DNA of 64,000 bases from Octopus sinensis (Eukaryota): the NCBI RefSeq assembly GCF_006345805.1, contig NC_042998.1:97836001-97900000 (forward strand), in the 5' to 3' direction. Positions 11,187-24,898 of the stretch are shown in pieces. The notes beneath the pieces are model-generated. The model ran no database searches. It saw only the letters and a program-made list of their open reading frames with translations, and was not told the DNA's origin. A program made the translations under genes and the position numbers. Numbering within the stretch: the stretch's first letter is position 1; each line of letters starts with the position of its first letter.

Positions 11187-11821
11187 AGACAATACGAAGA
11201 GTGCGATGCGATTACGATAGATATTTTACTGGTTGAACGATATTTTGATAGCTAGCATGTCTTTGTCGAGTTCAAAACGCACCAAACACAACTTGATTTA
11301 TGTTGGTTGTACAACAGAACAATTAAACAAAAGATTCAATGGGCACAGATATGAGGTCAGGCACAATAAGAGTAGTTCGACAGAACTTGCCGAACATTTT
11401 ACATCAGACGGCTGCAATTTTTGAAAAAGACTTGAAAGTGCATATTCTCAGAAAATATTCCGAATATGTTACTCTTTCAATACTCAAAATGCATGAGGAG
11501 AAATATGTTTGCGGGTTATTAACATCACGCCCTGGAGGAATGAATAAAATGACAGGAGAATTTCATCATATTTACACAAAACTGTTTGATTAAATATTCT
11601 TCTTCCTTTTCTTTTTTCTCTTTCTCTTTTTTTTTTGCCATTCCATCAACGTGGGGACGCTGGTTGCTCTTGTTCATATTTTGGATTTGAATTTCTATAA
11701 TTTTGAATTTTTATCACTTTTCATTTTGAACTCGACACTCGACAAAGACACACTAGTTGTCGAAATATCGTTCAACCAATAAAATATCTATTGCAATCGC
11801 ATCGCGCTCTTCGTATTGTCT
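11187..11821 (+). mobile_element. 5'-truncated Penelope-like element: GIY-YIG endonuclease fragment with inverted terminal repeat
   Basis: LIYVGCTTEQLNKRFNGHR..ELAEHF / LKVHIL..MHEEKYVCGLLTSRPGGMN (frameshifted GIY-YIG). 11187-11277 is the reverse complement of 11724-11821. Confidence 0.88.
11726..11775 (+). ncRNA. Minimal HHR variant (U3-A8 covariation) in the PLE terminal repeat
   Basis: UUGAAC-[7-nt duplication]-UCGACAA-A-GACA-cacuagu-UGUC-GAA-AUAU-C-GUUCAA. The inverted copy (about 11233-11275, minus strand) lacks the duplication but has GAAA changed to AAAA. Confidence 0.6.
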
Positions 11822-11857
11822 ATTTACCTTTGTGAAAAGTTACGTCAATCCTTTAAA

Positions 11858-11888
<31 letters not shown>

Positions 11889-11898
11889 TATTATTATT

Positions 11899-12095
11899 AA
11901 GGCGGCAAGCAGGCAGAATCGTTAGCACGCCGGGCGAAATGCTTAGCGGCATTTCGTCTGTCGTTATATTCTAAGTTCAAATTCCACCGAGGTCAACTTT
12001 GCCTCTCATCCTTTCGGGGTCGATAAATTAAATACCAGTTGAGTACTGAGGTCGATCTAATCGATTGGCTCTTTCTCCAAAAATTTCGGGCCTTT
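11899..12095 (+). mobile_element. SINE family A, full-length, between (TTA)n tracts
   Basis: Head AAGGCGGCAAGCAGGCAGAATCGTTAGC, central block and (TTA/TTG)n tail. Confidence 0.85.
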
Positions 12096-13249
12096 TATTA
12101 TTATTGTTGTTGTTGTTGCTGTTGCTGCTGCTGCTGCTGTTGTTGTTGTTGTTGTTATTGTTCCAAACTCAGAGATTAAGTGACGCAGTTGATGAGAATG
12201 CACGGTTTATTAGCAGTGTTCGTATAATGTGAAAATTGTGGTTCAATGCTTAAGGAAAGCAAATACCTAGAAGTGTATCTGGGAAGAAGGGGACAGGGCG
12301 TTCTTCTCCCGACGACGCTTTAACAGAGGGCGGCACTTGAATCTGCTGTATTAACCCTGTTTAGGGAGCGACAAATTCAGGAGCTGCATCGGGCGGCACA
12401 TACTCTAGTTGCACCCCTACAAATACGCCATTGCTGTTAAGGAAATTTGTTACAGGTCTGAATTCGTGAGTGCAGGACTATCTAGAGCAGAGTCCTCAAA
12501 TACCGAACCGCATAGAAAGAATAAATTTTGGAATTTTATTTCTATTTTATTGACCGTCACAATCTACAGAATTTTTTTTGTATTATGCATGTACTGTACA
12601 TGTAATAATTAAATTATATATTATGTACCTTATTGTGTTTTGTTATGCACCTAAAAAATCTTATAATTTCTTTCAAAGGTTACATAGCAAATACAAAATA
12701 TTGGTATATCGTACTTGTGATGTTTAGATGCTGCATCCGAGGGTACCTTCTACGAAATTATAATTGTTACAGACGTTTCGCTTCACACAAATATTATCAT
12801 TTTTCTGATTGGTTAAAATGTCATTTATAATATATATTCAACGAAAAATATATTTCTTTCAATTTTATTGTATAAAATTCTTCTCCTTTACTATACGACA
12901 TTTTATAAAGTAAAGCCACTGCTATCTGCTGATATGTCACTAGCCAGAGGTAAAAAGCTGGTCGGAGCATTGGCTTAAAAGTAGACGGCAGTGTGGAAGT
13001 ATATCAGAATCAAATATTGTTTCTGCAGTCTGTCATCGATATGATTCCGCTTTCATCACGTAAATGAATCAGGAGTGTACATGATATCTTCCGGATGATT
13101 CTACATCAGAGAGATCGATGATACACAGTTTTTACCCATCAAACCTTTCCTCCCCCTTTTCTTATGCAATATGTGGGAATATACATTTGTATAAATACAC
13201 GTTTACGTATCCTAAGTGGCACATGCATATGGCTTCTTATAAGATTATG

Positions 13250-13269
13250 TATCACACACACACACACAC

Positions 13270-13302
<33 letters not shown>

Positions 13303-13399
13303 TATATCTAAAACTTGTATGTGTATATATATGCTTACCTATGTGATATACATATATATATGTATGCATATATATATATACACACACACATATATATAC

Positions 13400-13439
<40 letters not shown>

Positions 13440-14002
13440 TGTATGTATGTATGTATATATGTGTATATATGTATGTATATGTATATATAATATATATATA
13501 TATATAATGTGTGTGTGAGCGCGCACTTATGTAAATATGTACGTAAGTATTGTATGCATATATATATGCGTATATAGATATAACATGCATGTGTGTGTGT
13601 GTGTGTTGTGTGTGTGTGTACCTGCCTGCATACGTAAGATTCAATAATCTGTGAAATCCTATCATATTTCCTCATCGAAGTTGATGTTTGCTTCTGAATA
13701 ATGTCGAAATCAATTTCCTGTTCGATTACTTAAGATCCTCAATTATGTGTAATGCATTCTTTGAATAGACTTTCCATCAAAATACTGTTGTGTGGTAAAG
13801 GATGGTGTGTGTGTGTATGTGTGTGTGCGTGAAAATGTATGCATGTATATATATATACACACATATATATATATATACAACTATATACATACATACATAC
13901 ATACATATCTATCTATATATCTATATATCTATCTATATATATATATATATATCTATATATATATATATATCTATATATATATATTATATATATATATATA
14001 TA

Positions 14003-14035
<33 letters not shown>

Positions 14036-14077
14036 ATATATATATATATCTATATATATATATATATCTATATATAT

Positions 14078-14126
<49 letters not shown>

Positions 14127-14133
14127 TATATAT

Positions 14134-14196
<63 letters not shown>

Positions 14197-14315
14197 GAAC
14201 GTATGTACGCATGTATGCATATATGCATATTGTAATCTTATGTTCCAATTAAGAAATGATGAATTTTGCGATATGAGGTATTTCTGTATTTCTGTGATTA
14301 TGATAACCGTCAGAG

Positions 14316-14388
<73 letters not shown>

Positions 14389-14400
14389 TGTCTGTATGTA
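13250..14400. repeat. Large (TA)n/(CA)n/(GATA)n microsatellite cluster
   Basis: Seen directly; includes an (AT)n tract of about 350 bp at 13840-14200. Confidence 0.95.
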
Positions 14401-14605
14401 TCTCAAACTATGATTGGAGTTCAATACATACGTCAATATAATTTTCTATGATCTATTTGTGTTCAATACTACTTGAAAAACCATTCTAATGTTAAAACCT
14501 AGCACTTGAAACATTGTTATTCAAAATAAGCGTATATCCGGTTCAGCGAGAATCAAACAAGAATTAAGTTTCTTTTATTTTTTTATTATTATTTTTTTAT
14601 TTTAG

Positions 14606-14693
14606 GCAAGAAAATAGAAATAGTGTGATGTTGGAATTCATAATGGTCAATCTGAATTATCATGAATGACTTACTGAATGGAAAAAGCAGAAG
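14606..14693 (+). other. Candidate 88-nt exon (non-coding or 5' UTR)
   Basis: T-rich tract + TTTTAG|G acceptor and a perfect AAG|GTAAGT donor. All three frames have stops, but an internal ATG opens MNDLLNGKSR to the donor. Confidence 0.3.
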
Positions 14694-15344
14694 GTAAGTG
14701 AAGAATTCAGAAAGATTAAGTGATATGAAAGCGGCACGGTGAAGATATTTTGGCACAAGAGTAAGACACAGTAAATACGATGAAAGATTAGGCAGGGATT
14801 AAGAGTTTAACTGAGAACATTGTGAGAGAAATAAAGACCGTGGTGACCTTCTTACTCTATCAGTGAATGGGAAATGTATCCTTTATAAAATGTAGAAAAG
14901 TGCATGTGTGTGCATGTGCTTTACGGAAATTCAGTACTGGATATATCTGCGTTATTTTATCCACGTCTTATGTTTTGTATAACTGTTCCGGATTCCTGAT
15001 TTCCTAATTCTGCAGGAGAAACTCAATACTTGTGTGTTGTCATCAAAACCACACCAATAGTTTCGAGTAGCCATGTAAGTAAGTCTCTTGGACATTACTG
15101 TTTCTATACGGAATAAAAGCGCTTAGCAGTGATATGTATAAGTAGAAATTTGTTACCAGTTCAAATATGATTGCGACGTATTCGAACCTGCAAGAAAGCC
15201 ATTTACTGTATTTTGTCATGGGAAAAATTTCTGGCTGAAGACTGATAGGTGTGAACACACCGTGTCAGTTCGCAGCGCTCCCTAACCAAACTGGTGGATG
15301 CATGCATTTCGGAGTGAATAAAGAAATAGCATGCATTTCGGAGT

Positions 15345-15585
15345 GGTTATCTCCTCTTCGGTACTAGCGTACATAGGGCCTGTTACTCGGTTTCCATGGC
15401 GTATAGGTGACCGAGAACCTAATATTCCCCTGAACAGGACTATTCATTTACAACTAATTGGACTGGAGAAACGTGAAATGAAGTATTTTACTCAAGAATT
15501 CAACGCATCGCCCGGTCTAGGAAACAAAACCACAATCTTGTGATCATGAGTGAAACTCCCCAACCACTAGGCTATGTGCCTTCAC
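15345..15585 (-). mobile_element. Degenerate tRNA-derived SINE (related to families C/D)
   Basis: AACCACTAGGCTATGTGCCTTCAC head, as at 28931-28954. Confidence 0.6.
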
Positions 15586-16756
15586 TGATATCCATCTGAA
15601 GCTATCAAAGATTGTTCAGGCTAAAATCTGTGTTGCTCATGAATATGTTATGTAGTGTTGTAGATTTGTTTGCCCGAGTATCTGTGTTAGTGTGATCCTT
15701 TTACATAACTAAGGAACCTAAAATTTATAGATGGGGAGAAAGAAAGGTTTACATCTTTTCCATAGGTGCAGGCATGGCTGCATGGTTAAGAAGTTCGCTG
15801 AGCAACCACGTGATTTCAGGTTCAGTCCCACTGCGCGGTACTTTGGGTGTCATCTACAAATTAGCCCCAGTGTTTGACAACTGGGTATTAGTTTGTTCAT
15901 ATCGTCAACTACCTTCTTTTGTATGCTTTATTGGCTTATTTCTTTTTCTATTTCTTAAATTTTTTTGCTGCCCCCTTCCCGATGGTTTTTTTTTTACTTC
16001 ATCATCAGTGTAAGATGATGGAGTGGTAACACTAGCTTGTCGACTGTACGCTGAACAACTAGATCGCTCGACTTTTTGATACTCCACCTATTCGCTGGTC
16101 CATGCTACCTATGGTCAAGATCAAGAAACGATTTGTTCTACTTTGGTTGTTTGCATTGCTCTTTCAACTGTTCTCTGCTTCCTTCTTTCATCCTCTGCTT
16201 GTTTTCCTCTGAGCAGAAAAGCCACAAGTAGTTCTATTCAAGCGAAATTACAGCCAAGAGCACAGGTTTGGATAGATCAGCGGGGAAGTAGAACTTATTG
16301 AGCTTGACACTTGTCCAGTTTGTGATGGCACACGGTTGGCGTAGCATAGGTGGCAGTATTCGCATTGCTCCGTGCAGGCCACCAGCCTCGGCGATGTCGT
16401 TGTTTCCTCACAGGCCATGCGTCGACGATCTACCAGACACGCGCCATGTTGTCGTCCGATCTGTCCTTACATTGTAGTTATTCCAGCAAAGTCTTGAGTT
16501 CTTTGAGCTCCGTTAGATTTCACATATCCATGTATACCCAGTCGCCTGCATATTGTTGTCAGTTACTTCTGCACTTCACTTATATAAGCACATCGCCTGA
16601 AATTTCGTGGGAGATGTCTAGGCAATTACATCAACCCGGAAAGGATGAAAGGTAAAGTCGACCTCGGCGGAATTTGAACTCAGAACGTAAAGACGGACGG
16701 AATGCTGCTGAACATTTTGCTCGGCATGCTAACGATTTTGCCAGCTCGCCGCCTTC

Positions 16757-16800
<44 letters not shown>

Positions 16801-16835
16801 TGATGATGATGATAACAACAACAACAACAACAAAG

Positions 16836-17270
16836 ACGGGCTACAGCAAATATTCTGCTCAATACCACAGATTTGCTTGCCAGTTGTTTGACCGTAACTA
16901 GTTGAGCATATCCCTTAGTGGCTGACGATATGCGCATCTCTGATCACGAGCAGAAGTACAGGGGGAGCGTCATAGCCATGTGTTGAGAGGAATTCTTTGG
17001 AGTTTGGATAATTCACCTTTGAAAACATGTGGTGTTTCGTTCAGCATCCTTAAACAACCCATATTCAGGGGTCCTTTGAGCGGGATGGGCTACTCAACCT
17101 GAATAAAATTCTAACTGGGCCCCACTTGCAAGGTTAAGCGCTATTTATTTTGATATGAGATCACCATGTGGCGCACATATGGTTGTGATGCATGTGTCTG
17201 GTGTACCCTTGTCCGACTTCGTATATTTTACCCCAGTGTCATTTTGATGGTATCCAGTGCTTTCTCACAC
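16836..17270. mobile_element. Unclassified interspersed repeat embedded in (TAA)n
   Basis: GGGCTACAGCAAATATTCTGCTCAATAC...TACTCAACCTGAA recurs at 56635-56905. Both copies are bounded by (TAA)n. Confidence 0.75.
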
Positions 17271-17318
<48 letters not shown>

Positions 17319-17889
17319 CCTTTCTACTATAGGCACAAGACCTGAAATACTGGGGGCGAGGACTAGTCGATTACATCGACTCCAATGCTCGGCTGGTACT
17401 TAATTTATCGACCTCGGCAGAACATGAATTCAGAGCGTAAAGACAGACGAAGTGTTGCTAAACATTTTGCCTGGCGTGTTAACGATTCTGCCAACTCACT
17501 GCCTTACCTAACTTGAAATATCGAAAGATGAATGGATGGATGAAAAGATGAATGGATATGTAACAGATTAGATTCTTGACTAGATGGTCGGAGAAAGAAA
17601 TTATAGATACAAGAGTAGCTGTCCTTTCAGATCATTTGATACAAAAATATAATCCATTGAGATACAAATATCTAAAGTTATCTGTAAACAGGTCAGTGAA
17701 AATGCTTTCATTGTTAATTAAAAGAAAGAAAGAATTATAAACCCGTATAAGCAAGAGTAATATAGCTTTGCGCTTTACCTATGGAGGCAATACATACGTA
17801 ATACACACACACACACACACACATATATACATACATACATAACATACATACATACATACATAAATACATACACACACACAAACACACAC

Positions 17890-18615
17890 ACATATATATA
17901 TACATATGTACACTTATACATGTACACACACATACATACACATACATACAAATGACATACATATATACATACGTACGTACGCAATTGCATACATACATAT
18001 GGGTATGTGTGCGTATGTGCTTCACATACACCATACACAACATATACAGTCTTATGCACAAACACACAAAGACAGTTTCATGCGCATTGTGTGTGTGTAT
18101 GTGTATGTGTTTGTGTATATGTGTGTGTATGAGTGTGTGTGTGTGTATGTTCCTATAGATGTACGCGAGTCTCTATAATGTTCTATCTGATTAACTCACA
18201 TTATCAAGACCCTTCAAAACAAGATCGCTAAGTGTCGTATGATTAACCTCCATCTTTTGATACGCTTAAAATCAAATAGAAAATAACCGGAGTAAAATAG
18301 CAGAGTCGCTGGAAACGGCTTACACCAGTAATAAAAGATATATTACCAATTGCAATATATTTATCCTTTTGTATTCCTTTTTCATCATTGCTTAGTCATA
18401 TCATAATTATATCCATAATCATCACCTCATCATCTCTTTTTCATTTCTTCGCCATCGTCCTACACAACAGTGCCATCATCAGCATTTAACTTCTACATTG
18501 ATACCAGTCTTATTTGTCGATTCCTCTATTGATTTCATCGTTGCCAATACCGAATTTTTTTCTCATTGTTGCGTACACATATAAACGCATACAAACTTAA
18601 TACATACATACATAA

Positions 18616-18647
<32 letters not shown>

Positions 18648-19420
18648 CATACATACATACATACATACATACATACACACAAACACACACACATATATAT
18701 ATATACATATGTACACTTATACATGTACACACACATACATACACATACATACAAATGACATACATATATACATACGTACGTACGCAATTGCATACATACA
18801 TATGGGTATGTGTGCGTATGTGCTTCACATACACCATACACAACATATACAGTCTTATGCACAAACACACAAAGACAGTTTCATGCGCATGTGTGTGTGT
18901 GTATGTGTATGTGTTTGTGTATATGTGTGTGTATGAGTGTGTGTGTGTGTATGTTCTATAGATGTACGCGAGTCTCTATAATGTTCTATCTGATTAACTC
19001 ACATTATCAAGACCCTTCAAAACAAGATCGCTAAGTTGTCGTATGATTAACCTCCATCTTTTGATACGCTTAAAACAAATAGAAAATAACCGGAGTAAAA
19101 TAGCAGAGTCGCTGGAAACGGCTTACACCAGTAATAAAAGATATATTACCAATTGCAATATATTTATCCTTTTGTATTCCTTTTTCATCATTGCTTAGTC
19201 ATATCATAATTATATCCATAATCATCACCTCATCATCTCTTTTTCATTTCTTCGCCATCGTCCTACACAACAGTGCCATCATCAGCATTTAACTTCTACA
19301 TTGATACCAGTCTTATTTGTCGATTCCTCTATTGATTTCATCGTTGCCAATACCGAATTTTTTTCTCATTGTTGCGTACACATAGAAACGCATAAACGCA
19401 TACAAACTTAATACATACAT
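17890..19420 (+). repeat. Tandem duplication, about 800-810 bp period
   Basis: 17890-18610 is nearly identical to 18693-19420. Differences are mostly 1-nt indels, and the junctions lie in (CATA)n/(CA)n. Confidence 0.92.
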
Positions 19421-19723
19421 ACATACATACATACATACATACATACATACATACATACATACATACATACATACATACATACATACATACATGCATATAT
19501 CTCACTCTGTGTGTGTGTGTAGACAGTTCTCAGATACATATACATAAGGATAGATAAAATTTGTGAAAGTGAAATGAAAGTAACTGGAATTTACTATGCC
19601 CAAGATTTAAATGTAATTGATGAGCTTTAAAGAGAGATGTTTCACTTCAATCAGTATGGATTTTTATTCAACATTGTAAAGCATTCATTGTGAATGGCGA
19701 ATCGTATATGGTCTTTAGTGTTT

Positions 19724-20325
19724 TTATAGCGAAGTCAGACGTGGTCTGTATTTTTTAATAAACGAATTTCTTTTATTTATACGTGCTTGATCCACTGATA
19801 AAGTGGAAGGACTAGGAATTTGAGAGATTTGGTTATCAAAATGTTCACTGAATGATACTTTTCTAGTACTGGGATCTCCAATTTGTAGCTGACAACTCGT
19901 TAATCTCATTCTCAAAGTTAGTTTGCTTTGTACAGCGTAATTTTCACTGCATCCATTGCATTTAATGGTTAACATTAAATTTTTGATGAACAAGTGGTTT
20001 GTCACAGAAAAAACTTATCCCAATATAAATTTATATGATGTATCCTCAATAAGGTTGATACAAGTTCCGCAATTGGAGTGGCCACACTTTTTAACTGTTG
20101 GGATTGCATTTTGGTAGTTTTACGCTGATATGTAGATCTTTAGGGATTTTGGTTGTCTTTTTTGCATTTGATTATTTGGTATGATTCAAGTGCCTTTTTA
20201 TTCTTGGCTCTTGGTTCTGTTTAGAGTCCGTTGGTTTGTAATGGATATCGGTTTTGATGTTTGTGTCAGTCTTTATGATCAAAATGCCTGAGAGATAGTT
20301 AGTTTTTGGCTATATTCCCTCGTAA
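19724..20325 (-). mobile_element. Penelope-like element fragment (Neptune-like): RT C-terminus, Cys linker, GIY-YIG
   Basis: Minus-strand frames: ILIIKTDTNIKTDIHYKPTDSK (cf. TDIYYKPTD), CGHSNCGTC (Cys-rich linker) and NLMLTIKCNGCSENY..LTLRMRL..SEHFD..FIKKYRPRL. Confidence 0.75.
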
Positions 20326-20692
20326 AATGAAACGTTGTTCACTCACATACACACACAAGTTTATAATTCCAGCTTATAGCTCAGAATTTCACACCCTTTG
20401 TTTCATTCTTCAGACAGCCCCAGCAAATGGAACAAATTATTCACACAGTCTATTATTCACATTTGTCTGACGCATCATTTTTACAGTGTATCGCAATGGA
20501 TTGGGATGAAGTAGACTGGCAGAAACTCTGAGTAACATGTAGAGTAAACTGTAACTATAACAACTTTACAATTCAATTTTTCTTTTTACTTTATACGTTG
20601 GACCGACGCTCATCTAAACCGGTTTACAAACACACTACGGTGCGCGCGCGCCAGTGTACCTGTGTCTGACTGTCTGTCTGTCTGTATGTATG

Positions 20693-20860
20693 TAAAGGCG
20701 CGTGGCTTAGTGGTTAGGATATTCAGCTCAAGATCATAAGGTCATGAGTTCGATTCCCGGCAGTGCGTTAAGTTCTTAACCAAGACGCTTTATGTCACGT
20801 TGTCCAGTCCGCTCAGCTGGCAAAAAATGAGAAGTGCCTGTAATTCAAAGGGCCAGTTTT
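20693..20860 (+). mobile_element. tRNA-derived SINE family D, partial
   Basis: A box TGGCTTAGTGG and B box GAGTTCGATTCC, followed by CAAGACGCTTTATGTCACGTTG as in the 23118 copy. Confidence 0.75.
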
Positions 20861-20884
20861 GTCACAATTCTGCTAATCCAATGC

Positions 20885-21375
<491 letters not shown>

Positions 21376-21616
21376 TTCGTATATTGTTCACATGTGTTAT
21401 CATAAACAGAAATTATAGTGAAGACGGCGTGGTATTGTGATGAGACTAATTAAAAATTCTATGCAGTAGAAGATTAAAAGCTTAAGTTTGAATAACTGGA
21501 AATAGTAAAAGACAAATCCGATGCCTATTTGTGAGAAAAATTTACAATAACAGCCACCACTCCACAAGTAGTTCCCACAATAATTATCTCGATTATCACC
21601 ATTGCTGCAGCTGCTG

Positions 21617-21671
<55 letters not shown>

Positions 21672-23117
21672 CACTACCACCACCATCATGCGCCGCCGCC
21701 GCCGCCACCACCACCACACCGACAATCATCGTTCATTATCACGAGAACCACGGTGAGGCCCATCGTTAACAAGGAGGAGGTCTCTACATCAGTGCGCCTC
21801 AAATTTTTTTCACTTAGCGCCCCACATTTTTTTACTAACATTTTTTGCAACTTCAGCTTTGCTTTACATGCACATACACATAATGGTTTCATATTTTGGC
21901 ACAGGGTTAGTAATTTATGAGGAGGGACAAGTCAACTACATCGATCCCCAAATAGTCTAGAACTTATTTTATCGACCCCGAAAACAATGAAAGATAAAGT
22001 TGACCTCGGCAAGATTTGAACTTAGAACATATAGAGCCAAAAATGGACATGTATATCATATCAAAGAAAAGTAATTAATTCTAGGTTCGTGTTTGACGTG
22101 AGAGCAATATTGTCCACATTGAGAAGCACGTTCTATATGGTCATCCTAATCAAAGATAATACCATAAATTCAGACTTTGGCTGAGTATATTCATACCTTG
22201 CGACCTATCTATTTTGCCTGGTATTTTATCAGGTATATATAGATTTCTTCTTTAAAGTAAACCATCGACAGATATGCCTTCTGTAAACCAGTTTTCGCAG
22301 AGATGTTTACTGAGGATCCATATAATATTTCATTTATATTGCGATAGACTGTATTCACATTATTTTATATGCTTGTCTAAATGAAATATTGTTTCTTCTG
22401 TGCTTTTATGCATCTGTATTCTATGTATAAGAAAAAACATTATGTTTCTTTATATGTGATTAAATGTTCGAGATGTGATACATTAAGTGGATGACCTTAA
22501 ATTTGTTGTTTGTTATACACACACCAAAGTTTATTATACACACACACATATATAAATAATATATATATTTAGAATAACACCTACGCAAATTTTATAAACA
22601 AAACATTCAAAAGAGATGTTTCATGAATTGAACAGTGACTACTACCATCCACAGCGGGTCATTTTCGGGGCAGCTGACCATTCAACATACTACTGTCATG
22701 GCACTCCCACATTCTTCTTCTTCTTCTTCTTCTCTTCTTCTTCTTCTTCGTCTTCCCTACCAAGAATTCACAACGACCTCGAACCCACAAGAGTAAACAA
22801 GAGAGACAGAGACAGGCAGAAACAAGGAAAATGCCACTTGTATTTGAACACTATGCAAATATTCTTTAAAAAAAAAACTTTTCTTTGAATTTTTTCCAAA
22901 TTTAATTGTTTTCCATACTTACAGTTGAAACAGTCTCAATGACTGAAACCGGTACTGAAATGGGATCTTTTCATTTTGAAGGCCAGATTTTCCTAGTTAA
23001 CTAAACAATTTGAAACTTCGTATACTGGTAGAATATGTATATACATGCATATATACATACATACATACATATATATATGCATATATACATACATATATAT
23101 ATATATGTACGTATGTG

Positions 23118-23442
23118 TGAAGGTGCATGGCTCCGTGGTTACAGCGGATCGTGAGGTTGTGAGTTCGAATCTCGGACCGGGTTGCGTGTTGTGTTCTTGA
23201 GCAAGACACTTTATTTTACGTTGCTCCAGTTCACTCAGCTGTAGAAATGAGTTGCGACGTCACTGGTGCTAAGTTGTATCGGCCTTTGTCTTTCCCTTGG
23301 ATAGCACTGGTGGCGTGGAGAGGGGAGGCTGGTATGCATGGGTGACTGCTGGTCTTCCATAAACAACCTTACCTGGACTTGTGCCTGGGAGTGTAACTTT
23401 CTAGGTGTAATCCCATGGTCAGTCATGACCGAAGGGGGTCTC
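23118..23442 (+). mobile_element. tRNA-derived SINE family D
   Basis: Head GTGAAGGTGCATGGCTCCGTGGTTA, B box GAGTTCGAATCTC, CORE-like GTGTTCTTGAGCAAGACACTTTA block. An antisense copy lies at about 36150-36425. Confidence 0.82.
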
Positions 23443-23884
23443 AAGATGTATGTATGTATGTATGTATGTATGTACGTACGTATGTATGTATGTATGTATG
23501 TATGTATGTATGTATGTATGTATGTATGTATGTATGTATGTATGTATGTATGTACGCGCGTTTTTAGTCGCATTTTACAAAGTAGAGAGAGTAAAAAGAG
23601 AGATACAGAGAGATTTAACCTATGAGGTGCAGAGTTAATGCATATACTAGGCTTGGTGGCAGGCAACGAATAAAAGAACGCTAATCATACATCGTTAGAC
23701 AGAATCAGAAGGGGGGCAGTAATGAATATTTTTTCTTTTAAAAATTAGTATTCATTTCATCATTTTGTATAAGCACCAATAAAACAACAACAAACTGTTA
23801 TAACTATATGAACACGCATAAATATTCCTCGCAACAACATCATGATACCATCGCATAAAAGTACTACGAACAGACATACATATG

Positions 23885-24065
23885 TATTTCCTTACTGCCC
23901 ACAAGGGGCTAAACATAGAGGGGACAAACAAGGACAGACAAAGGGATTAAGTTGATTACATCAACCCCAGTGCGTAACTGGTACTTAAATTATCGACCCC
24001 GAAAGGATGAAAGGCAAAGCCGACCTCGGCAGAATTTGAACTCAGAACATAACGACAGACGAAAT
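23885..24065 (-). mobile_element. 181-bp headless SINE A module with 16-bp target-site duplication
   Basis: AACAGACATACATATG at both 23869-23884 and 24066-24081. Confidence 0.85.
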
Positions 24066-24489
24066 AACAGACATACATATGGAGAGTCCAAAAGGGTACT
24101 ATGAACAAACACGGTCAAATAGCGTACATATACACGCAAGGATCACATATGGGCACTTGCGCACACGCACATACACAGTACATATAAATATGCATACTAG
24201 ATTCACCATACAGGCACTAACACTGAAAGAAACATACACACATATACAGCTCCATAATACACCGCCTGCACACACGAATACGCGCACATGCATGCACACA
24301 GTATGTTTCGTACGCACGCAGCCTCTTTCCTTTTCTTAACTGTCAGTCATTTCTCATTATCCCCAGGAGGGTGTTGGAAGTAGAATACTTAGATACTTCC
24401 TGCATAAGTTCTATCACAAGCAATGTCCGTTAGATTTTCCGGCTGGATTCCCAGGCGTGATCATCTAGGACTTTTTTCTCTCTTTCCGT

Positions 24490-24898
24490 TTTTCTTTTTT
24501 TTTTGTTCTTTTATTTGTTTCAGTCATTTGACTTCGGCCATGCTGGAGCACCGCCTTTAGTCGAGTAAATCGACCCCAAGACTTATTCTTTGTAAGCCTA
24601 GTACTTATTCTATCGGTCTCTCTTGCCGAACCACTAAGTGACGGGGACGTAAAAACACACCAGCATCGGTTGTCAAGCGATGTTGGGGGGACAAACACAG
24701 ACACACAAACACACACACACACACACACATATACGACGGGCTTCTTTCAGTTTCCGTCTACCGAATCCACTCATAAGGCTTTGGTCAGCCTGAGGCTATA
24801 GTAGAAGACACTTGCCCAAGGTGCTACGCAGTAGGACTGAACCTGGAACCATGTGGGTGGTAAGCAAGCCACTTACCACACAGCCACTCCTGCGCCTA
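24490..24898 (-). mobile_element. SINE family B
   Basis: Reverse-complement match to 8631-9063, with an internal (CA)n. Confidence 0.85.

Noticed and set aside
10167-14436. Long ORFs rich in YI/HT/VC/MYVC (also at 17.7-19, 21, 26 and 60.5 kb)
   Set aside because: These are translations of microsatellites, which lack stop codons in some frames.
16250-16560. GC-richer segment with CEYC..HKLDKC on the minus strand as a possible Gypsy gag zinc knuckle
   Set aside because: The motif is split across frames, with no LTR or pol evidence.
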